From the sequence record MK250019.1: 64,000 nt of DNA; one strand, given 5' to 3'. Under the pieces are notes generated by a model. The model did not search any database. It was not told the DNA's origin and was given only the letters and a program-made list of their open reading frames with translations. Each line of letters opens with the position of its first letter. Position 1 is the first letter of the stretch. The position numbers were made by a program, and so were the translations under genes. Shown piece after piece: positions 57,025 through 64,000 of the stretch.

Positions 57025-57978
57025 TTACATATCATATTCATGTTTCTTATCTAATTCAGAATCGATTACTTTATAAAAGTCATATATATATTGATTAAAA
57101 TAATCATTAAAGAAATTATATATTTTCTTTGCAGTTATCTTATCATTTCTTGTTAATTTATAATCGAACCTTTTTATCTTTTCAATATAATCTTTATCAA
57201 TTCCAAAATCTCTTACATTCAATTTTGTTAAGAAATAACCTAAATAAAATACAGGTCTTATTTCGTTAGGATCTTCATCTATAAAATGGAATAAAAAGAA
57301 ATAAAATAAATTATAATAATTAGAATCAATAAAATTATTAATTAATGTACATACACGTTTAAATCCATGATTACCGTAACATATTAAATCAATCTGCTGT
57401 TGTGTTAACGCATTTACTTTATTTTGTATACATTCAATTCTATTCAATTTTTCTGATGGAGATAATAATGATAACATTCTTGTAGCAAATAAAAAATCTA
57501 CAGATGATATATCAATATCATTTTTCAAATAATGTACAAGTGTTATATTATCTTTTATATATACTCTATGTGTTAAACAGAATTCTAAATAAAATAATTG
57601 AGTTCTTAGATAATGTTTATATTTGTTAATATCTGTAGATACATAATGTACATTTATAAAAATATACATACCATCATCATTTAATTTAATATCTACATAT
57701 TGATAATCATTTTCATCATAATAATGAACATATATAGGAACAGTATCACCATTTTGTGTCATACAACCATATATGGCATACATACTTTCTGAATTCAATT
57801 CATATTTAATTGATAACTCAAATTCATGTTCAAAATTTTCTTCTATTGCAATATCAATAGCTTCATCTGCAATTTTTGTATGAATTAAAGAGCATTTTGA
57901 ATAAAATTCTTTTAATGAATTATATCTATATGTAGGAATTATTTCTCGTATTTTATTTACAATACATTTATTAAACAT
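57025..57978 (-). CDS. Hypothetical protein (317 aa)
   Basis: Clean ORF. Confidence 0.7.
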   Translation of the reverse strand: MFNKCIVNKIREIIPTYRYNSLKEFYSKCSLIHTKIADEAIDIAIEENFEHEFELSIKYELNSESMYAIYGCMTQNGDTVPIYVHYYDENDYQYVDIKLNDDGMYIFINVHYVSTDINKYKHYLRTQLFYLEFCLTHRVYIKDNITLVHYLKNDIDISSVDFLFATRMLSLLSPSEKLNRIECIQNKVNALTQQQIDLICYGNHGFKRVCTLINNFIDSNYYNLFYFFLFHFIDEDPNEIRPVFYLGYFLTKLNVRDFGIDKDYIEKIKRFDYKLTRNDKITAKKIYNFFNDYFNQYIYDFYKVIDSELDKKHEYDM

Positions 57979-58015
57979 TGTATTAACTAATGTTATTTAA
58001 TATATTTATTAATAA

Positions 58016-58234
58016 TTACTTATATCTATATGAAATACGTCCCTTTGTCAAATCATATGGAGACATCTCTACCTTTACCTTATCTCCAGTAATAAGTTTA
58101 ATATAATTCATTCTAAGTTTACCAGCAAGTACACAACTAATTTCAAATCCGTTTTCTAACTCTACTTTGAACCTTGTACTTGGAAGACATTCTGTAATAA
58201 TGCCATTCATTTCTAACGCTTTTTCTTTTGCCAT
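58016..58234 (-). CDS. infA: Translation initiation factor IF-1
   Basis: [24 protein letters not shown]...[34 protein letters not shown]. Confidence 0.96.
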   Translation of the reverse strand: MAKEKALEMNGIITECLPSTRFKVELENGFEISCVLAGKLRMNYIKLITGDKVKVEMSPYDLTKGRISYRYK

Positions 58235-58252
58235 GTTAAATTATCAATTTTA

Positions 58253-58447
58253 TTATTCATATGAGAAATAAACATTATGAGTTTTATACTCATCATTCTC
58301 ATCAAATACAGATATATTTATCTTATTTCCTTTAATACGTTTAATAAACAACTTTATAATATCTTTAAACGTTAATTCTATACCTTCAATATAAGGACCT
58401 TTTTCTGAAATCCTTTTTTCTACAATAAGTTTGTTTTGTAAATCCAT
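58253..58447 (-). CDS. Hypothetical protein
   Basis: Clean ORF. Confidence 0.6.
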   Translation of the reverse strand: MDLQNKLIVEKRISEKGPYIEGIELTFKDIIKLFIKRIKGNKINISVFDENDEYKTHNVYFSYE

Positions 58448-58464
58448 AATAATTATAAATAGTT

Positions 58465-58683
58465 TTATGAAGAAATTTTACGTAATTTATTAATTTGACA
58501 ATTAGTATTTTTTTGAATATCTGTTAGCCGTTCTTGTCCATATATATTTAAACCATGTTTATGAATATTAAAACATATATATAAATTTAAAATATTATTA
58601 TTAAGCGTTTCTATATTTTGTTCTAATATATCTAATCTTTCTTGAACATGTTTTACCTTCGTTTTTTTCTTAAATTTAATCAT
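58465..58683 (-). CDS. MIKFK / coiled-coil / HxH family member
   Basis: MIKFKKK...FNIHKHG. Confidence 0.75.
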   Translation of the reverse strand: MIKFKKKTKVKHVQERLDILEQNIETLNNNILNLYICFNIHKHGLNIYGQERLTDIQKNTNCQINKLRKISS

Positions 58684-58685
58684 AA

Positions 58686-58883
58686 TTAGAGCATTGGGCT
58701 TCCTGTCACATATTTTGTATAAATTCTATGTTTATGCTTATTAAATTTATTACGTAAATATTCATAATTTTTAATTATATCTTCTTGTGTATCAGTTAAG
58801 TTCTTTAATGAATCTAATATATTATCCATAGAATTTTCTATAACAGATATACGATCTTTTTTCTTTTCTTTAAATTTAATCAT
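58686..58883 (-). CDS. MIKFK / coiled-coil / HxH family member
   Basis: MIKFKEK...FNKHKHR. Confidence 0.75.
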   Translation of the reverse strand: MIKFKEKKKDRISVIENSMDNILDSLKNLTDTQEDIIKNYEYLRNKFNKHKHRIYTKYVTGSPML

Positions 58884-59097
58884 ATGATATTAATTTATGA
58901 AAACTAATGTGTTGTTGCATTGCTTTTTCTGATATATGACTTTTTGTATAATGATTATGATTCAAACAAAATTGTCTTAATGAATCCGTATTATGATCTA
59001 ATGCTTTAATGTTAGAATCATATGAATTAATTAAACTAATGAATTTGTTATATTCATCTATTGTTAATTCTTTTTTCTTTTCCTTAAATCTAATCAT
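58876..59097 (-). CDS. MIKFK / coiled-coil / HxH family member (start moved to 59097)
   Basis: MIRFKEK...LNHNHY; the start is adjacent to the stop of the upstream gene. Confidence 0.75.
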   Translation of the reverse strand: MIRFKEKKKELTIDEYNKFISLINSYDSNIKALDHNTDSLRQFCLNHNHYTKSHISEKAMQQHISFHKLISYD

Positions 59098-59098
59098 A

Positions 59099-59332
59099 TT
59101 ACATTTTATATTCAACCTTTTCATCTGTTCTATGTGAACATGTTTCAATCATACCACACTCAACAATATGTGAATGCCTGTTATATGCTGTTTTAAACCT
59201 TGTAAGATCTAAATATATCTTTTTAATTTTATCTTTTATTTGTTTTTGATCATTCATGATATTATCTAAAAACTCATAAATATCAGATAATTCATCTCTA
59301 ATAGGTTTATCTTTCTTTTTAAATTTAATCAT
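59099..59332 (-). CDS. MIKFK / coiled-coil / HxH family member
   Basis: MIKFKKK...YNRHSHI. Confidence 0.75.
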   Translation of the reverse strand: MIKFKKKDKPIRDELSDIYEFLDNIMNDQKQIKDKIKKIYLDLTRFKTAYNRHSHIVECGMIETCSHRTDEKVEYKM

Positions 59333-59363
59333 TATTAAAATTAAATTATAATTATAATTAAAA

Positions 59364-59864
59364 TTATCGAGTAATAGAAATATTCAAATCATCAAATACA
59401 TTCTGATCTGCAAGAAGAATCCATCTATATTTTCCGTCAGCTAAACCACATTTTCCAACAATACAATTATCAGATGCATAGATATAGTAATATTGCTCTC
59501 CTATACCTCTTGTTCCATATGATTTAATCCATTTTGACTCATCTATAAATTTATCAATATCAAAGATTTTTGTAACATTCTTATTATAATTACCAAATAT
59601 ACAATACCAATTATAATCGTCATATTTCTCATCTATGACTTTTAATTTCATTTCCTTAATAACATCTAGTATTTTACTAAAAAGTGTCTTAGAAATGAAA
59701 TCTGATGCCTTATATCGAGGATATTTATTAACAAGACTATTATCATTCATTGACGTAACAAATACTTTCCAGTTAACTGGATTAAAACAACTCTTTGCTT
59801 GCTCCTCTCTTTTATTTGTTGTCTCAAATAATATATTCATCGTATCTCTTATCTCTTTATTCAT
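59364..59864 (-). CDS. Hypothetical protein
   Basis: Clean ORF. Confidence 0.7.
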   Translation of the reverse strand: MNKEIRDTMNILFETTNKREEQAKSCFNPVNWKVFVTSMNDNSLVNKYPRYKASDFISKTLFSKILDVIKEMKLKVIDEKYDDYNWYCIFGNYNKNVTKIFDIDKFIDESKWIKSYGTRGIGEQYYYIYASDNCIVGKCGLADGKYRWILLADQNVFDDLNISITR

Positions 59865-59917
59865 CTATATAATTATAGTAATATTTAAATTAATTATTAT
59901 AATAATTAAAAATAAAA

Positions 59918-59947
59918 AAGTCTATAACCATATAAAGTTATAGACTT
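59918..59947. terminator. Intrinsic terminator
   Basis: 11-bp stem aagtctataac/gttatagactt with an A-tract (U-tract on the minus strand). Confidence 0.8.
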
Positions 59948-59954
59948 AAATTTA

Positions 59955-60968
59955 TTATGCTTGTTTTTTATTTAATGCATAAAAATAATTCTTTAATTCA
60001 GAAAATGAAAAGAATTCTAAATAATTTAAACCATGTTTTTCTGCTATTTCTCTTTTCATAATATCTCTAGTTGTCCAAACATTAATAGCTGAAATATAAT
60101 AATCTTTTTCTTTCGATCTCTTTTTCCATAAATTTAATTTCTTAATGTCGTCGGGATTATTTTTATCAAAACCATGTTTACCATGTGTCCAATGAAAATT
60201 ACATTCAATATATAAATCATTATCTGCAATATAAAAATCACAAGCAAAAGGATATTCTTCTGATTTATATTGTCTTTTAATATCAGTATATATTGTTTTT
60301 AAAAGTTCATATACTTTATCTTCTTCCTTTGAACATGTATGTGTTTTATGTTTCGTTTTAGATTCATGTATTTTGTCTATTGTTGATTGTAATTGTGTAG
60401 TNNNNNNNNNNNNNNNNNNNNNNNNNNNNNNNNCTTTTCTTTTTTCTTTTATAACTTCACATTTACCAACATTATCAACACCATACTTTTCTAGTACAGT
60501 TTCTTTACGTTTTTCCTTTACATAGTCACTGGCTAATGCCATTTCAGTACCATAACGTTCTAAATTCGTGGCTTTAATTTTATCCCATACTTTCTATGAT
60601 TTTGCAGGATTATCTACACCATAACGTTCAATATTTGTTTTCTTTATCTTTTCTTTAACACTTTCTAATTGAAATGGATTTGCAACTCCATATTTTTTAA
60701 TCATAGATTGCTTTTTCAGACCATATATACATTTAGAATTACCACAACTTTTGTGATATTTATAACCGTCACGTTTACATGGTTTTCCACAAATATGACA
60801 TCTTGGTACATCATTAGTATCATTTAATATACATAACAGTTTATCGATAATATCCATATCAGATTTATCGATAAACTGTGTATTTAAATATTCAATAATA
60901 TTAACAGGTATCTTATTTTTATTTAATGAATGCTCCTTATAATACTATTTTATATATTCATTATTCAT
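59955..60968 (-). CDS. Putative homing endonuclease: Cys-rich Zn finger, KYGVxNP repeats and a C-terminal PD-(D/E)XK (Vsr/DUF559-like) nuclease; 337 aa, 2 in-frame TAG
   Basis: Joins 60594-60857 and 59955-60542 via TAG 60594 and extends to ATG 60968. CHICGKPC...CGNSKC, [KR]YGVxN repeats, CDFYI..DLYIECNFHWTHG. Contains an N-run at 60402-60433. Confidence 0.78.
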
Positions 60969-60976
60969 AATGTTAT

Positions 60977-62524
60977 TTATGCACTTTGTTTTCTATGTTC
61001 AAGAATATGCTTTAATTCTTCATATTCTGTATTAGCTATTTTCTTATCCATTTTTGCTGCTTTTCGCAATGCAAAATAATGTGTAAGAATAGCAGGAACC
61101 ACAGCATTTGGATCTTTTTTATAAACAGCACCCGAACATGTTTTAATTTCATCAGATTTTGGTATATAATTCTCATCTTTAAATAAAAATGATTCTGGAG
61201 AAATCTGGAACTGCCTCATGATACTCGGATATAGGGAAGCGAAATCCAGTCCACCTATGTATTTGAAGATACCGGGTCTAGTAGGCCATACAAAAGCGCC
61301 CTGATAATCTCCATCTGAATTGTCTGTTTTTTTATAAGATTTCTCTGGTATTACTTTATAATTTGGATACACAAAGTTACACATTACGACATGTGTAGGT
61401 TGAATTGTTGAGAATGCAACATTTAATTCAAGTCTGAGTTCACATGCGAGCATATACCAGATTTCAGCAGTTTTTAGGAATTTATCGATATGTTCTACCA
61501 ATATTGTATCGATGCAATTATAAAATACATATTCTTTGAAATGTTCTTCATAGAATTCTTTGAATCCCCAAGGGTGATTAACTTTTTTGATGCCTAATGC
61601 TTTTTCTGCAACGAAGTCAAGTGTATTATTTTCTTTAGGTTGAATTGTCATATCCCATGTTTTATATACGAGTAAGTAGTCATATATAATTTTGTGCATT
61701 GGGACTTTAACATTAATTGTTTTACCTCCAGCGCGTGGTGTAATTTTAAAGTTTGTAAATGTTCTGGTAGGAGATATTCTTTCAATATCAATATTATTGA
61801 TTTTGCATCTATTATAGATATATAACCAGTCGAATCCAAGGAAATTCCAACCAGACATTGCAGTAATTGGTGTGATGAAGTCTATGAAGTCTTCAAGCAT
61901 TTCTCTTTCAGTAGGGAAATATCTGAATTCGAATTTATATCCTTTAGTTATATGGGTACCATTATTTTTTTCTGAATATTGTTCTATTTGTTCTTGAACC
62001 CAAATTTTTTCTTCTTCTGTTAGATTTTTCCTGGACCAAATAATTGTTTGTGGAAATTTGGTCATTGATATTGTATTGATTCTTGTAGATGCTTCTTCTG
62101 GATCAGGAAAACCATCTTCAGAAACTTCTGTTTCAATATCGCACCACCATGTTGGCGGAATATTCATTTCAAATAATGGGTCAACTGCTTTTCCGAATGA
62201 ATTTAGAATTTCATTTATACGAAGTTCTGGAAGTTTATCTACAGGATTTCTTCTAACCCATTTATTATCATATGATTTCCATTGATGCATAACAGGAGTT
62301 CCATCTGGATTGAACTTATATTGTTTTGTTGCAAAATCATATTCTTGAAATGGTTTATCTGCATTTGCTTTATTTGTATATTTCCATTCGAACATTGATT
62401 CTTTAGGAACAGGATATTGTAAAAATTTAACATCTCCTTTTTTATCTACATATGAAACAAGTAATTTCTTAGTAGGTGTTCCATCTGGTAATATAAAATC
62501 TATCTATTCTTTATTAATAATCAT
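60977..62524 (-). CDS. Family B DNA polymerase, N-terminal subunit only (exonuclease and motif A), 515 aa, TAG at codon 7
   Basis: ExoI CDIETE, ExoII GWNFLGFD, ExoIII YNCID, motif A DFASLYPSIM. Ends at TAA shortly after LRKAAK, without motif B or C. Confidence 0.9.
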
Positions 62525-62579
62525 ACTTATATTAATGATATATTTTGCTAATAATTATAGTAAGTTAATCAGTATAAGT

Positions 62580-63188
62580 TTAGATTACTTTACTGATTAA
62601 CTTAAGTTTTAATGCTTCATCTGCTGTTATTACCCAGTCTTTTTTCTTATCATAAATATCATCAAGATCTGCTTTTGTAATTGCTGTTTCTTTCATGAAT
62701 AAATCAAATATCATATCATTTAATCGTTTTGCTTCTTTAACAGAATCTTCAAGTTCTGCGACTTTACCAACAGCAAGAGATGAAACCGTATGAATCATAA
62801 ATGTTGTATTTTTATATGCAAATCGTTGTTCATATGGAACTGAGAGAAGAATAAATGTCCCAGCAGATAAGCATGCACCAACTGCATATATATTAACTTT
62901 ACAATGGTTATTAAGATTTCTTAACATATCATGTATAGCCCAACCATCATAACATGCGCCACCAAAAGTATTAAGATATACATTTACATCAGGCGGAATA
63001 ATTTTTTCCTTTAACTTTTGATTAAATGTATCTTCTAATATTTTGGTATTTTCTTTTATTATTTTATTATCTTTTATTATTAAGTTATTACAAAATTTAA
63101 CAGTATCAAATGATGTATCATTATTTATATCATCATTAATATAAAATACTCTGTCAGATAAATTGAATGTTTGTAATTCGTTTGTCAT
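62580..63188 (-). CDS. Divergent ClpP-family (S14) protease
   Basis: DRVFYI, YLNTFGG, CLSAG (Ser), FMIHTV (His), KDWVITADEA. Confidence 0.85.
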   Translation of the reverse strand: MTNELQTFNLSDRVFYINDDINNDTSFDTVKFCNNLIIKDNKIIKENTKILEDTFNQKLKEKIIPPDVNVYLNTFGGACYDGWAIHDMLRNLNNHCKVNIYAVGACLSAGTFILLSVPYEQRFAYKNTTFMIHTVSSLAVGKVAELEDSVKEAKRLNDMIFDLFMKETAITKADLDDIYDKKKDWVITADEALKLKLISKVI

Positions 63189-63218
63189 CTAATTTATTAT
63201 TATAATTTAACTTTAAAT

Positions 63219-63247
63219 GTTATATAACAGAAATTAACTTTTGTTTG
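63219..63247 (-). promoter_or_regulatory. Sigma70-like promoter (class II)
   Basis: CAAACA-N17-TATAAC upstream of the clpP-like / polB / endonuclease cluster. Confidence 0.55.
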
Positions 63248-63254
63248 AAATAAA

Positions 63255-63286
63255 AAAGGATATTACATTGTTGTGTAATATCCTTT
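63255..63286. terminator. Intrinsic terminator
   Basis: 13-bp stem aaaggatattaca/tgtaatatccttt. Confidence 0.88.
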
Positions 63287-63300
63287 AATATATTAATTTT

Positions 63301-63906
63301 TTATCTTCTACCACCAAAATGTCCTGTTCCTCTATTATTTGATGGGAAATGTCCTTGTGTTACTCTCGTTGAACTTCTTCTGGAACCAAAACCATTAGGT
63401 CTCCTATTAGATGGTTGACTATTAAAATTTGGTCTTCGATCCATTGGTGGACGTTGCTGATTTCCAAATGATGGTCTATAATTTGGTTTACCATAATTAA
63501 ATGGTGGTCGACTATCATGTGGTTTTCCATAATTTGGATTTCTATATGGTCTCATTGGTGGACGTTTAAATTCATAATCACGTGGACCAGGTCTCATATA
63601 ATGTCTATAACCCGGATTATAATGATATACATATCCATGAGGTCTGCAATAATGAGATGGATAGAAATACCAATAATTATTATATCTATATGGATAATAA
63701 TATATACCTCTATATAAATAGTAACTTAAAACATTATCAATATAATATGGTGTTCCATATCTAACAACTGTTGAAAATGTAACAGATGGTGTTGTATATG
63801 TATCATCATATTCATATGGTGATTGTGCAGATGCATATGTAGTTGAACAAGATGCAAATGTAATTACAGTAATTAGCAGAATCAAAAAATATTTAATCTT
63901 ATTCAT
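63301..63906 (-). CDS. Lipoprotein with a Tyr-rich middle and Pro/Arg/Gly-rich disordered tail
   Basis: MNKIKYFLILLITVITFASC: signal peptide ending in a lipobox Cys. Confidence 0.8.
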   Translation of the reverse strand: MNKIKYFLILLITVITFASCSTTYASAQSPYEYDDTYTTPSVTFSTVVRYGTPYYIDNVLSYYLYRGIYYYPYRYNNYWYFYPSHYCRPHGYVYHYNPGYRHYMRPGPRDYEFKRPPMRPYRNPNYGKPHDSRPPFNYGKPNYRPSFGNQQRPPMDRRPNFNSQPSNRRPNGFGSRRSSTRVTQGHFPSNNRGTGHFGGRR

Positions 63907-64000
63907 ATCTTTAAAATTTTTAATATTTATATATTAGTATATGTAAAAATGCTATTGGTAAATTCATATTTGTTAATATGAAATACCATATATTTTTATA

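Noticed and set aside
38619-60433. N-runs at 38619-38648, 38859-38889 and 60402-60433 as biological features
   Set aside because: They are undetermined bases of 30-32 nt, and nothing can be inferred from them.
1-64000. Suppressor tRNA-CUA, other tRNAs, release factor, CRISPR array
   Set aside because: No cloverleaf, T-arm consensus, RF motif or repeat-spacer array was seen. The recoding machinery presumably lies outside this window.

Overview
This is a very AT-rich, gene-dense fragment of a giant T4-superfamily-like bacteriophage. The best fit, by inference, is a Lak-like megaphage of Prevotella/Bacteroidota. It uses an alternative genetic code: TAG is read as Gln (code 15). The supplied standard-code ORF track therefore breaks up or misses many genes. 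With TAG=Gln, the fragments at 1-7.9 kb join into one coiled-coil fibre protein of at least 2,629 aa, and those at 14.9-21.0 kb join into a 2,054-aa tape-measure-like protein. TAG falls exactly on conserved Gln positions in three unrelated families: the RNase H motif SxDxDxxQL, the T5orf172 motif RLKQLQTGN and the DUF285 repeat FNQD. Other recognisable genes are T4-type RNase H, a split family-B DNA polymerase (N-terminal half) followed by an endonuclease, a gp21-like prohead protease, two ClpP homologues, PNK/phosphatase, a CX5R phosphatase, IF-1, an HD-domain protein, an outer-membrane beta-barrel and two lipoproteins. Three promoter-like motif classes and about 10 intrinsic terminators are visible. 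The most novel signal is two ORF-free transcription units (30.5-31.5 kb and 36.4-37.6 kb). Each has a promoter, an identical 12-nt boxA-like leader (GTTCTTTGAAAT), long highly structured RNA and a terminator, and together they look like three large unidentified ncRNAs. No tRNA, suppressor tRNA, release factor or CRISPR array was seen.
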